64,000 nucleotides of DNA from Octopus sinensis (lineage: Eukaryota), in the NCBI RefSeq assembly GCF_006345805.1, contig NC_043001.1, forward strand, positions 44,392,001 through 44,456,000. The letters run 5' to 3'. The notes beneath the pieces were generated by a model. It was not told the origin of the DNA. It was given only the letters and a program-made list of their open reading frames with translations, and ran no database searches. Numbering within the stretch: the stretch's first letter is position 1; each line of letters opens with the position of its first letter. Made by a program: the position numbers and the translations under genes. This document shows, piece by piece, positions 39,512-53,399 of the stretch.

Positions 39512-41761
39512 TCTAAAATAAAAGACAATCATACAAGATAATGTGGTACCGTAATGTACTTTAGACGTTGGATGAAATGTCATTAATCTTAGGACATTGA
39601 GGAAAGTCGTTGCGATTTCCAGAAACTGTAACCCTACCATTAGTGAAGGCCCGTGCTCTAGTAGTTAGAGTGTTGCTCTCACGATCGGGAGATTGCGGTT
39701 TCGACTCCTGGACCAGGAGGTGCATTGTGTTCTTCAGCAAAACGCTTCATTTTACGTTTTACAATGCGATCACTTCGACATCTGACGTGTGACACACCGT
39801 GCATCTATTCAGACACCGTCGATCTGATGGAGGAAGTGAGCTAATGAACAGGATTACGGGGCAAGTTCACCGCCGTCAATTCACCGCGAGGAAAGTTCAC
39901 TGTGAGGAAAGCTTACAGAGAAAATATATCCATAATATCTCACCGAAAATAGTTAAGAACTATTTTACTGAAAACAAAAAAGAAAAGGTGAATTGATGAC
40001 GGAGAACTTTCCCTGGGGTGAGTTGATGACGATGAACTTACCAGACATGAATGTACAGTACAACTATTTAATCACTATAAACTACTATAAACAAATCATC
40101 TGAGCAGTTTGTTCAGCAAGAAATTGTAGAACGCTTATCTGTCATCAACGACATAAGAGGCCATAAATTCTACATGTAGAAGATTTGTATATAGATATAT
40201 TTTTGGTAGCTCGCATAACCTTTGTTGTATTTATTTATGCTCTTCTAATGTTCTGAGCTCAAATCCTACCCAATTCTACTTTGTCTGTCATTCTACCGAT
40301 ATTCATAAAATAAAGCTGGGAGTAATATAGTCTACTAGCCCCCAGAATACCCATATTTCGAGTAAAATATCGTTGGAAATGTAAGGTATACTAGCCATCT
40401 CAATATGGCTAACCACTAAGGGTGGGTGTTACTGTAGCTTGTAGCTCCAGGAGATCATCGTCTCCAGCTGGCTTTAGGCACACCTTCTGTGCCCTTATGG
40501 TATTTGCAAAGGGAGGTCATCCCTCTCTCGTCAACCTAGGTGACACGCACGAACTGCAGTTTCTAGGTATTTGCCTGTCTTCAGCGTACGGCAGTCACCG
40601 GTCGTCGATGAAGAGGGTTGGAAAGTAATATACCTAATCTCAACCGTGTTTTTTCTCTTTTATTCTTAAATCTTGTAGATGTCTGGTAAGAAGCTTGCTC
40701 CCCAGCCACATGGTTATGGGTTGATTCCCACTGCGTAGCACCTTGGGCAAATGTCTTTTATACTCTCGGGTCACCCAAAGCCTTGTGAGTGGATTTGGTA
40801 GACGGAAAACTGAAAAAAGCCCGTTGTGTGTGTATGTATGTGTATATGTGTGTGTATGTGTGCGTGCGTGTGTGCATGCGTGCGTGTGTGTCTTTGTGTC
40901 TTGGCAACCACCGCTTGGCAACTGGTGTTGGTGTGTTTGTATCCCCGTAATCTAGCGGTTTGGCAAGACAGATCGATAGAATAAGTATCAGGCTTTAAAA
41001 AAAAAGTACTGGGTTCGATTCATTCGACTAAAAAATTGTTCAAGACGGTGCTCCAGCATGGCCGCAGTCTAATGACTGAAACAGATACACTTTCTTTAGC
41101 AAGTGGTACCAGACGAAAATAAAATGCTAGATATTTACTATGAAATAAATATGGCGGACCTATTTTGAACATTAACACCGCCAATACTTACACCACAACC
41201 AGTCTTACTAATAACTAAACAACCATCATCACAACCAGAACAACACCGCAATATAACCGCAAGAACAGCATAAACACCAAACAATACCTCGGAACCCTAG
41301 CACAATCACAACGCTATTACAAGGGGTTAGCAAACAAAATGCGTTCTTAAGCATTTACAGTTCGACCCTGCTAGAAATAACAACCAAATTTCTAACGAAT
41401 CACGTTCTACTTAATTAAAGAACACATTGAAAAATATATAGAGAAATAGCGGTTTGGTAAAAAGAAAAAAAGAAAAAAATAATTAGTACTGGAGTTGATT
41501 TGTACGATTAGCCTCCTAACAGACACATTTTTTTTCACTTTCCATGCAAAAAATTTTTTTTTTAATTATTTATTTTGAATCTGTATATATGGAAGAATAA
41601 GTACACGAATTATCTTGGATCAGTTGTGATTTTTATTATGAAGCTACTGATAGTTAGTGATACAAAATGAGAATAACATCATGAACGAAGTATTTTGGGT
41701 AAGAATTAAGTGGCAGATTCCTCAGTACAGTGAACGTATATTTTCGTTCAAATATATATTT

Positions 41762-43459
41762 ACTAGCAGAGCTACCCGGCGTTGCCCGTTTTACATACAA
41801 TTGAAGAATTAGACTTTTCTGTTATAGTTTCTCTGATGAACTGGAATATCTATGTTTTGAATTTCATCAAAATTGCAGATGAGGGTTATTTCCCTCTTTA
41901 CAGACCCCCAAAAAATTGTAATCGTGCCACATACATCCCCTATTACTGATTTTTATGCGCATATTCCAAAATTCCAGTTTTATTGAACCTGTTAAAAAGA
42001 TTTTGCTCCTGAAAAATGAAGGTCATAGAGCTCTAAAATGTGAGAGTTAAGGCCCCTGTTGGGGGTGGGCATCTTAATATCAACCACAGAAGTTGAATTG
42101 TTGAGAATCTTTTTTACTTGGGTCTTATATCTATTGTTTGAATTTCTTTGAAATAGGAAATATATGTTCACTGGGTTTGTAAAAGAGAGCAAAGCTATAG
42201 GAAACCAAAAGACGAATGATCACAATAAGCAGTCAGCTACAGTACCCTAGACGTTACCACTCCCAATGTAGGATTCCTCATCATCCAGGTGACAAGCACA
42301 GCAGTAAGATGCATTACGAATTGATAGCAATTGGAAGGGCGTGACCCAACTGAAATAAACGTTAACAACTGTCTGACGTGAGGACTAAGGAGAAATGAAA
42401 GTTGGAGTTTGCAAATGACCACTATACTGATATGTAACTGGACAGAATAAATTTACAATCTATAAATGTCTTTGAATAACCAGTCACTCATCTGGGAAGG
42501 CCTTGAAATCAATGTTACCATGTGGGGACTATGTGTGACCGAGTGATAATAAAAAGACTGAAAGTAGATCTGCAATCAATTAACTTTGCTCAACACTTTG
42601 CAACTGAATCAGTGGAGGCAAAGATGCCTCTCATTTACGTGATAATTTATGCAGCACATTGCAGAAGTCAGAATGTAAGTGTATGTCAAAGCAAACTGTT
42701 ACATTGTTGTACCATTGAATTAGAAATAATGCTCAACTTTTATGCTCGGGTAACCCTACAGCTTCCAAGAGCACAACTGTATTCGTTTTTGCTTTGATAA
42801 AATGACAAAATTGTGGGTGTTAAGTCCCCATGGAGGGGTCTTTATAACTTGTAAGAAGATGAAATTTTATAAATATTACTTTATTTGTATCTAATATCTA
42901 TGGTTAAAATTTCATCAACAGCAAAAATATATGCATTGTCATGGGGGTTGTGGCCCTTATGCATAGAATATAATTTCCAAATTTCGTAAAGATCCATTCA
43001 GTACTTTTGACTTAGTTTTGGATCATAAAAGAAATGACTAAAATTTGGGAGTTAAAGCCCCCATTTGGGTGTGTAAGAATCCTCATGTGAAGTGGAAACT
43101 TTGAGAATACTTCTTGATGTGTGTCAATTACCCATGGTTGAAATTTCATCAATATCGAAAATTTATGAATTTCCTTGTGGATTCTGCTCCCTTTAAACCA
43201 TCTGAAATTCAAACCAATCATATTGCATTATACCCGCCCTTATGCATTGAATCTAAGTTTCAAATATCATAAGGATCCATTCAGTAATTTTGGTCCCTGA
43301 CGTATGAAACACACACCATTACCCTTCTCCCTAGCCTTGGATTTTGTGTTCCAAATTTCATTATGATCGGTGCAGCAATTTTCGAATGTATAAGCAATAC
43401 ACGAACACATAAAGACATTGTCTTTGATATAATAAATATGAATGTACACATATACATAC

Positions 43460-43507
<48 letters not shown>

Positions 43508-43787
43508 CACACACACACACACACAAAGATAAATTGATAGATACAACTGAGTGGGCAAACAAAAATATGAGACACAGCGTAGTGGTTTTTTTATGTTGAT
43601 AAGCCTGGTACTTATTCTATTAGTTTCTTCTTTTTGAAACCAGTAAGTATTGGGGATGTAAATAAACGAAGAGCAGTTGTGAAGCAGTGATGAGGGTGAA
43701 ACACAGAAACAAAGTCACACACATACACTTAAATATATACATACATATGTATGCGATTGATTTCTTTAAGTTTCTGTCTACGAAATC

Positions 43788-43830
<43 letters not shown>

Positions 43831-44254
43831 ACACAGACAACGATAAATTATGCGGGCAAGCAAAAATATGAGATACTGCCTAGTGGTTTTTAAAAAAATT
43901 TTGATAAGCCTGGTACTTATTCTATCAGTTTCTTCTTGTGAAACCAGTAAGTTATGGGGATGTAAATAAACGAACACCAGTTGTGAGCAGTGATTTGGGA
44001 GAAACACAAAGACACACACACAGACTTACATATATACATACATATATATACGATTGATTTCTTTCGGTTTCTGTCTACAAAATCCACTGACAAGGCTTTG
44101 GTTGGTCTGAGGCTATAGCAGAAGACACATGCTAAGTCACCACACAGTGGGACTGAACTGAGGACCATGTGTTTTGGAACGAAGTTTGTTACCACACAGC
44201 TGCACCTGTGTGTGTGTGTATGTGTGTATGGGTGTATATATGTATGCATGTATA

Positions 44255-44344
<90 letters not shown>

Positions 44345-45207
44345 CTACTCATATGCATGTATACCTATACATCTTTATGTTTAGAAATAAATGTATACAT
44401 ATACAGCTATACACACATACACAGGTATACACACATACACACACATACATAGGTGTAGGTGTGGCTGTGTGGTAACAAACTTCGTTCCAAAACACATGCT
44501 TCTGGGTTTAAATTTAGATTTAAAATGATAAGGGTGAGAAATTGAATATTAATTTGATTGATATGAATTGAAAACCAGTGGTGTAGCATACAGGACCATA
44601 TCGGATCTTCTAGCAAAATGGATGTCCACTCTTAATGGTTCATCCCTCTTATATAATAGTTTGACTTTAATAGTTTCAGTATTAAAGTGAAAGTATCTGA
44701 CATTACAATAGAGAGGTGTTTTTGTTTCACAAATAGTGGAGAAGATATGATATTGTTGTAGGCTCGTCCTAGGCAAGAAGTTAGAAGTTTTTTTGCCCAT
44801 GGCACTACATGGACCCTAAGTAAGGCATGTGTAAAAATTGAATGAAATTGGTTGTGTAGTTCTCAAGTTTTAGGTATTCATAGTGGAGAAGATATATTGC
44901 TGTGGACTCGCCCTAGGCAAAAAGTTAAAAAAAAAATGCCCATGACACTCTCTGGACCCTAAGTAAGGCATGTGTAAAAATTGAATGAAATTGGTTGTGT
45001 AGTTCTCAAGTTTTAGGATTCATAGTGGAGAAGATATATTGCTGTGGACTCGCCTAGGCAAAAAGTAAAAAGAAAATTTGCCCATGACACTCTCTGGACC
45101 CTAAGTAAGGCATGTGTAAAATTTGAATGAAATCGGTTGTGTAGTTCTCAAGTTTTAGGGATTCACACAGACAGACACACATTCTCAGTTTTATATATAT
45201 AGAAGAT
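41762..45207 (-). mobile_element. Composite Helitron-like region with nested SINEs and ~120-bp subterminal tandem repeats
   Basis: Minus-strand 3' end cgggcaacgccgggtagctctgCTAG at 41762. 5' end tcttctatatatataaaactgagaatgtgtgtctgtctg at ~45205. A second 5'-like end at ~43435 suggests two elements. Confidence 0.6.
44732..45165. repeat. ~3 tandem copies of a ~140-bp unit
   Basis: atagtggagaagatat...cctaggcaa...ggaccctaagtaaggcatgtgtaaaa..tgaatgaaat.ggttgtgtagttctcaagttttagg is repeated. Confidence 0.9.
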
Positions 45208-46595
45208 TAGACATCTCTGAACGAAAATATACGGGATAATATGTTAAGAGGTCAATCCCTTAACTACAGCATGGCCGTCATCCAGTGACCGAAACGTAGG
45301 TCTTGAAAGAAAACATGCAAAAAAAAAAAAAGCTGACATAGCTAGTTAGAGCTGCAGCGTCTTCGATCATGGCTGATTTAGGAAGGCTATACAACGCCAG
45401 CAGCTTACAGTCACTGTTTAACTGTGTGTGAAAGTATGATCCTCAACGATATGGAGCATGGTAAATCTGTAGCCAGGGATCAGTAGGTCATACTCAAATC
45501 TTTCAACTGTGCCATAGCTTTGCTTGATGAAGACTGACGGGATGCAGTGGGTAGGTTACTTAACAAAAACAAGAACTGCAGCAGCAGTAGCAGCAGCAGC
45601 AACAAAAACGTCAACAATCTGAGGCCTTAAAGTTTTCATAAAGTCCCTGCCTTCGCTTTTTTTTTTTTTGCTTGTTACCCCAGCCATATGTATCTCCTTG
45701 TCTTCCCGCGTTCTCTTCTTCACCCCTCCCACCTCCATTTATTTTTCCTTACAACTCCACCTTCCCCTCTTGCTCTCTGCCCTCCTGCTCTCCCCCTCCA
45801 GCTCTCGCCTCTCGATTAGCTTTCCTCTCCCTTCACATTCCTCCTCCCCTCAATACATCATGCAACCTTCCCTCCACTACCGCACTCAAGCTCTAAACAG
45901 CTACACTCACATCTTACATATAGTTGCTTGTTCGCGCTCTACCCAGATCCTTCCTCCCCGCTTCACAACTCACCCCCCACCTCGTCGCCCTTCCCACCTC
46001 TCACCACTCCACACTTGCAGGCATCAATCGTCACCCCCTCCCTCACCATCTGATCCCATCAACTTTTCCTTCTCTTCCCCCACCTCACTCCGTCTTACAT
46101 GCAGTCTTTCGCCTTCCACCATATCTTTGTATCCTTCTGCCTCTCTATGTAGTCTCTCTCTCTTTATTTCTCTCTCAGCTATTTAGTAGACCAGGGGGAG
46201 GGCTGCCTGCCCCGTCCTTCCTCCCTCCCTCCATTCCACTATACCTCCTCCCTTCTTTCCCTTCTACTTGACTGACTGACTGCTTGGCTTGACTGATTGA
46301 CTAAAAGACACACAGACAGACCAAACAAATCACAGATACTCTGTGGATGTATGTCATCTATTAATACCATCACCCCCGTCCCTTTCACACACTCTCTCTC
46401 TACGTATACTTTCTATCTTTCTCTCTTTTACTCATTCTGTCACTCTTTCGTTCTCTCCCTTTTTTCCTCTATTTGCATACTACTTTTTCTATCTCCTCTT
46501 TTTATCCCCCATTCAGTTTATATTTTACTCTCTTATTTCCCCCCGCCTTTTAAGTCTCTGCTTTTCTTTAAATCTTTCTCTCTTTACTTTCAGTT

Positions 46596-46634
<39 letters not shown>

Positions 46635-47597
46635 TCTCTCTTTTATTTATCTTTTACTATTTACATTTCTTTCTGTTTCTTTGTTTCACTGTTTTCTTTT
46701 CTTACCTTCTTTCCCTTTCTTCTCTCTCTCTCCCTCTCTCTGCAGCGTTCTCTCCCTTTCCTGGATGTTTCCCGCTTAATCTCTCCCTCTTTCACTTTCT
46801 CTTTCTCTCCCTCCCACCTTCACCTTTCTCTTTCCTTCCCTTCCCTGCCCTCCCTCCGTTTCTCTCTTCCTCTCCCTCTCTATATATATATATCTATCTA
46901 TCTTTCTGAACACCCTTTAAGCATCCAGTGCTTATCTTATGGGGTCTATAGTATTAGACGGATGAGATTTAACCCCTTCTTACCTGGTTAAGATGTCAAA
47001 TTATCACAGTTAAGCTCACTTTACCTTCTGAATGAATCCAAATTAACTTTGCAGAGTCAAGACACAAGACATTTTACGATTTTAAAGTTTATCTCTACTG
47101 ATTTTCTATAGAATTCAGATCCAGTACTGAAAGTTACGACGTTTGGTATACTAGTACGTCTATGCAAAGACAGAGAAAATAGGTAATATGCGTATATGCA
47201 TATTTCAAACGTTATTGCTCTTTCATCAGTACCACATCCAATCTATCAACTATCCACGAACTCATTGTTTAAATACCCACTAAGTTTAGCGGTGTAACAA
47301 TATTTGATAGACCGATTTACATATTAAACACATTCCTTGCAACTGGTGCGTAAATATTAATTGCTGGCAAGGATATGGTATTCCGTTTGCAGTCATAATA
47401 TACTACAAAGTATATTGGATTCAAAGTTTGGCACAAGATCAGCAATTTCGGAGAAGAGGGTAAGTCGATTACATCGACTCCAGTGCTCAACTGGCACCTA
47501 TTTTATCAAGTGCCCCGAAAAGCTTATAAGCAAAATCAACCCCGGCGGAATTTGAATTTAGGCCGTAAAGAAAGACAGACGAAATGCCGCTTAAACA

Positions 47598-48078
47598 GAG
47601 GCGAAGGAGTGGGTGTGTGGTAAGTAGCTTGCTTACGAAGTACATGGTTCTGGGTTCAGTCCCACTGCGTGGCACCTTGGGAAAATGTCTTCTACTATAG
47701 CCTCGGGCCAACCAAAGCCTTGTGATTGGATTTGGTAGACGGAAACTGAAAGAAGCCCGTCGTATATATATATATATATTGATAAAACGGTAAGATGACA
47801 AAAGAAAGAAAGAGACCTCAATATTATGTAAATAGAGGAAATATATATATATATATATATATATGTTTGTGTCTCTGTGTTTGTCCACCCAACATCGCTT
47901 GACAACCGATGCTGGTGTGTTTACATCCCCGTAACTTAGCGGTTCGGCAAAAGAGATCGATAGAATAAGTACTAGGCTTACAAAGAATAAGCCCTGGGGT
48001 CGATTTCTTCGACTAAAGGCGGTGCTCCAGCATGACCACAGCCAAATGACTGAAACAAGTAAAAGAAAAAGAGAGTAA
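47598..48078 (+). mobile_element. SINE family A inserted into a minus-strand family B SINE
   Basis: Full family A copy. Family B sequence lies on both sides (47420-47597 and 48080-48123). Confidence 0.8.
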
Positions 48079-48430
48079 ACATTTCAGACGGCGCGCTTAC
48101 AATTATGCCAGCTCATCGCCTTACATACTACCAAGTACATTAAAAGTTTACAAGTCAATATTGTACCTTATTTTTGTGTTAGCAGTGTGATATTCACATT
48201 TTTAAGTTTATCTCTACGGACTTTCTATAGAATTCATATCCAGCACAGAAAGTTACGAATATGTCTTTGTAAACAATGCGATCGAAGAAAGAAAGAAAAA
48301 GGTAATAAGTGCCAATGCATATTTCAAGAGTATATTGTGCTTGTGCCCACATAATTCTTCTTTCTTCGCTATGGTTTTCGAACACACAAACTCTTACTCA
48401 TATACACACTCTCACACCCACACACGCATA

Positions 48431-48920
48431 CCGTAAATCCTCGAGTATAGTCCGCCCTTGAGTATAATACGCAGGGGAAAAACCTAAACCTTGTGTATAA
48501 TACGCACTCCTTCTCTAACTTGAGTCAAGGAGGTCTATATACATTGTAAAAATATATACGGTAACGTCCTTTATTATTATTGTATATTTATAACATAATG
48601 CAACGTGTAACTTTTTTGTGCATTTTGTTTGCAGAAAATAAAGAAATAACAGTAATAACAGTAATAACGTTTAATAAATGTTGCTTACTGCAAATTATGG
48701 ACGATTTTTTTATGACTTCATTGCTTTATGGCTTAGCTTACGGTATTTTCGCGCCCGACATCACAAAATGCGTCTGAATAAACATTGCCGGACAGCAAAT
48801 AGAGACTCGGAAATTGCTTAGAAAATAATTTTCATTTTTAATCTTGTATATAGTACGCACTAGGGATTTTGACCTTTAAATTTTGGGGAAAAAGTGCGGG
48901 TTATACTCGAGGATTTACGG
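48431..48920. mobile_element. Tc1/mariner-superfamily MITE
   Basis: TA|ccgtaaatcctcgagtata ... tatactcgaggatttacgg|TA. Confidence 0.85.
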
Positions 48921-49391
48921 TATATACATACACACATACATACGGATACGAACGAACTATATATACACTTTTAAAATGATGTAAGTAAAGTAAGTTGATA
49001 TCGATCAGAAAAGGCTAGCTCCCAGAATTTAGAGCTTACATCATCCACTTCCTATTCTGTAGTGCGCAGCCTGGTTTACATGCTAACTTTCTAGAATTCT
49101 GATCACATCGTCACCAATTCTAATCTCACTATAAAATTTCACGTCTCAACTAAAAGTATTTAATTCAGCTTACTTTACTCCACTTGATTGACAAACAGGG
49201 TCTATTCCTGCATAATAACAGAGATGACAAATCAAGTACAACCACTCAGTGTTATACAACTCTTTTACCCGCCTCAGCCATTAGACTGCTACCTTGAATT
49301 TTTAGCCTGGTACTATATTCTATCGGTCTCTAAGTTATGTATATATATCTACAAACGTATATATATATATATGTATATATACATATATATA

Positions 49392-49610
49392 CATTCAAAA
49401 TGTGACCGCGTGTGTACCGTTGGCGATTTTTTTCCCTCTGTCTTCCCTTCTCTGGATCTTTCCTTCTCCTATGTTTCCGACGAAGAGCTCCGCTCGAAAC
49501 GTTAACCCCCCCTCTTCCCTTCCTTCCTGAGCGTCCAATAATACTATATTTGTTCCACGTCCTCGCGTTGTTGTGTTTTCTCTTTGTGTTTTCATGTTTG
49601 GGTTAACTCT
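49392..49610 (+). mobile_element. ~215-bp HHR-bearing element (HHR 49473-49507, core decayed to CCGACGA)
   Basis: Paralog of 36025-36230. Confidence 0.7.
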
Positions 49611-49611
49611 A

Positions 49612-49840
49612 TCTTTTATCTTTTATCTTTTACTTGTTTCAGTCATTTGACTGCGACCATGCTGGAGCACCACCCTTAGTCGAGCAACTCGACCCCGGGA
49701 CTTATTCTTCTGTAAGCCCAGTACTTATTCTATCGGTCTCTTTTGCCGAACCGCTAAGCAACGGGGACATAAACACACCAGCATCGGTTGTCCAAGCAAT
49801 GCTAGAGGGACAAACACAGACACACAAACCACACACATAC

Positions 49841-49883
<43 letters not shown>

Positions 49884-50215
49884 CGACGGGCTTCTTTCAG
49901 TTTCCGTCTACCAAATCCACTCACAAGGCTTTGGTCGGCCCGGGGCTATAGCCGAAGACACTTGCCCAAGATGCCACGCAGTGGAACTGAACCCGGAACC
50001 ATGTGGTTGGTTAGCAAGCTACTTACCACACAGCCACTCCTGCGCCTATGTATATATACATATATATACGACAGGTTTCTTTCAGTTTCCGTCTACAAAA
50101 TCCACTCACAAGGCGATAGTAGAAGACATTTGCCCAAGGTGCAACGCAGTGGGAGTGAACCCGGAACCATGTGGCTGGGAAGCGAGCTTCTTACCACATA
50201 GTTACTCCTGCACCT
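49612..50215 (-). mobile_element. SINE family A, full copy plus an extra 5' half
   Basis: Reverse complement of the family A consensus with (tcttt ta)n tail. Confidence 0.85.
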
Positions 50216-50512
50216 AAAATGTTTAAGTTTATAAAATTTCATTTTGTTTGTTAGCAGTTAAAAGAAAAGAGAAAAAAACAAACAAATGGGCACAAAATAG
50301 TAAAAACGATTTTAAAAGCTATGTATTCGCCGGATATTATAGAAACATATAAGGTACAATATAGATACATAAGTATGCTCATAGGGATTGAGTTCAGGTG
50401 TCATGATGATGATGATGACGATGATGACAAGCACATTTTTAGACGCAACAACCTCAACACAAATATGAAGCATTTAAATATCTAGTACTTTCAATATACG
50501 TGTGCATGTTTG

Positions 50513-50609
<97 letters not shown>

Positions 50610-50646
50610 TTGTGTTTGCGTGTGAGTGTGCTTGTGCATATATATA

Positions 50647-50679
<33 letters not shown>

Positions 50680-51252
50680 CGCGTGTGTGTGTATATATAT
50701 ACATACATGCATATATAGAAACATGCATACATGCATATTCTTTATTTGTGGATTAACATTGGTACCAACGGTTTAATGTAGGAAATTCCGCAATTTTCAA
50801 ATATTCCATTTAAGAAAGTTGGTACTCATCGCCATGTTGGATGAGACTACTACTAACTTTTTAGTAAGGCATATTTTTAAATGAAATTTTCATAGGTACA
50901 TTTTCCAAGGTGTAAATTAATAGGTAAATTCCAAGGTGACATCAATAGCAATAGCACAATAATCTGACGATTTGCTTCCCTAGGGTATCAAGGGCCGGTC
51001 TTATTTGTGAAATAGTTTTGAGACAACGGCCTCCAACAATCAACAATATCATTTTCAGATAAAAAAAAGAGAAATGTATACAAGCATACCTGTGTGTTGA
51101 AGAAGCTTGCTTCGTGGCACTCGGGGCAGGTGTCTTCTGGTATAGCCCCGAGCCGAACAAACCCTTGTGAGTGGATTTGGTAGACGTGAAATATGTGTAA
51201 ACTTGTCGTGCACACACACGCGCACGCACGCGTACACAAACACAAACTCACA

Positions 51253-51294
<42 letters not shown>

Positions 51295-51296
<2 letters not shown>

Positions 51297-51785
51297 AAGA
51301 AGTAAATATATGGCACAACGAAGTACCGATATTTACTGGAAATAGCGAGCGTAATAATACGACGCTAATGTATAGCTTCACCGCGTATGTACTAGCAAAA
51401 ATGCGTGAGTGCAACAAACTTGAAAAAATTGTCTTACCTCCAGGGAGAACATCTGAAAGATGAAATGCCTAGAAAAGGTTAATGTGGGACCGGCGCCGGT
51501 TTCAGATTTTTCAAGATATGCCTGCCCACATATACTTGATCTATCTTCATCAGCCAAACATATACCACGACAACATTTCAGATGTTACCACATTAATGCC
51601 AATACACTCGACTGAAACGCCGAAACGCTAACAGAACGAAGTTTCAATAAATTAGTAATGCAATACTAGAGTATTGCTTTCCAGTAAAGAATAGCCCGTG
51701 AGGGGAAAATATACAAAGAAGTAAATATATGGCACAACGAAGTACCGATATTTACTGGAAATAGCGAACGTAATAATACGACGCT
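51295..51785 (-). mobile_element. 419-bp retrozyme-like monomer with 72-bp terminal direct redundancy
   Basis: 51295-51366 equals 51714-51785 (1 mismatch). Abuts (TA)n and contains an HHR. Confidence 0.8.
51482..51561 (-). ncRNA. Type I hammerhead ribozyme with extended stem II
   Basis: Minus strand atgtttgg-CTGATGA-agat.aga.tcaag.t.atatg[tgggcagg]catat.cttga.aaa.atct-GAAAccggcgccgGTC-ccacat. Canonical core, GUC site, perfect palindromic stem III. Confidence 0.82.
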
Positions 51786-52048
51786 CATGGGCCCGGTTTC
51801 CGGTTTCTATGGCGTATGTGTTGCCCCCAGCTGGACGGGACGCCAGTCCATCGCAGCGTTACTCAAGAAACAGGAAGAAAGAATGAGAGAAAGTTGGGGC
51901 GAAAGAGTACAACAGGGGTCGCCACTATCCCTTGCCGGAGCCTCGTGGAGCTTTAGAGGGCTTCGCTCAATAAACACACACAACGCCTGGTCTGGGAATC
52001 GAAACCGCGAGTCCGCCGCCCTAACCACTGGGCCATTGCGCCTCCGCG
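51786..52048 (-). mobile_element. tRNA-derived SINE family C (V-domain-like)
   Basis: Head ggaggcgcaatggcccagtggttaggg..gtttcgattccc. Contains ctgcgatggactggcgtcccgtccag..agaaaccgg. Confidence 0.65.
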
Positions 52049-52119
52049 GTGAATATTGTCTAACTTACGCAAATTACGCAAAAGTGAAAATAGTACTGAC
52101 ATCTCATTTTAATAGATAT

Positions 52120-52337
52120 ACTCTTTTACTCTTTTACTCTTTTACTTGTTTCAGTCATTTGACTGCGGCCATGCTGGAGCACCGCCTTTTAGTCGAGCAA
52201 ATCGACCCCGGGACTTATTCTTTGTAAGCCCAGTACTTATTCTATCGGTCTCTTTTGCCGAACCGCTAAGTGACGGGGACGTAAACACACCAGCATCGGT
52301 TGTCAAGCAATGCTAGAGAAACAAACAAAGACACACA

Positions 52338-52390
<53 letters not shown>

Positions 52391-52533
52391 TACGACAGGC
52401 TTCTTTCAGTTTCCGTCTACCAAATCCACTCACAAGGCATTGGTTGGCCCGGGGCTATAGCAGAAGACACTTGCCCAAGATGCCACGCAGTGGGACTGAA
52501 CCCGGAACCATGTGGTTGGTTAGCAAGCTACTT
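52120..52533 (-). mobile_element. SINE family A
   Basis: High-identity reverse-complement copy. Confidence 0.85.
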
Positions 52534-52539
52534 ATAAAA

Positions 52540-53280
52540 ATATCTTGAAATACTAAAAAGTAAATGTATTCAATAAAATCGCCATTGGCTTCAACCATGG
52601 CCTCCAGACGATTTCAGAATCTCGTGCAACTCTTCTGGATGGTGAATGCTTCCATAATCCTTGCCTTCAGTTCTTCTTCGGTGTTACAAATTTTGTTGGT
52701 ATCTCGCTCAACTGCGCCCCACATATGATAATCAAGAGGCAAGTCTAGATAGTTAGGTGGCCAGATGTTAGGGGTGCTGTGGTTAAAGAAATTGTCTGAC
52801 AGCCATGACTGGGTTCTTCTGCTTGTGTGGAATGGTGCAGAGTCCTGTTGCTAGACATAGGGTCTTCCAGCAGCCACCCTCCTGACCCAGAGCAGCGCTA
52901 GCTCCTCCAGGCACTTGATGTAGGCCTCCATGTTGAGTCTGAGGCGGCGTGAGAAGATGAATGGGGGCATAATGTCGCTATCACCAGTGATCAGTCCAAG
53001 CACCATGTTGCTGACTCGATGTTTGACTTTCATCACTCTCGTTACATGTCCTCAGATTGACACCCAAACACTCTGAAATGTTCGTATTGGAGCTTCTGGA
53101 GCTAATTCCAAGCAGTACAACATGTCGCTTACAAATTTCTAGCTGAATGAATTGCGTCATGGTGTTGTTTTTCTCACAGACGGTGCCCAACTGACCCTTC
53201 TATACTGTGTAGCCGACAAAATCCAAAACAAGCAACACATATGCACGAAATTAAAAACATAAAATGGCGACAATTTTACA
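52540..53280 (-). pseudogene. Tc1/mariner transposase relic (maT/DD37D-like), internally deleted
   Basis: MVLGLITGDSDIMPPFIF...YIKCLEELAL.WV...GRPYV*QQDSAPFHTSRRTQSWL...IWPPN...PLDY..WGAVERDTNK. Confidence 0.75.
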
Positions 53281-53399
53281 AAGAATACAAACAACGACTC
53301 TTCATCAGTTGTCGGTTGTCTCTCTACTCCCTATTTCGAGCAATCAACGATAATATGAGTCTTCGAAGACAGTTGCTCCAATAAATACCAAAACAAAAT

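Noticed and set aside
40392-40500. Possible HDV-like ribozyme in a LINE-5'-UTR-like repeat (minus strand)
   Set aside because: I could not draw the nested double pseudoknot by eye. It needs a motif search.
44732-45165. CRISPR-like regular repeats
   Set aside because: Contiguous tandem units without unique spacers, inside a Helitron-like element in a eukaryotic context.
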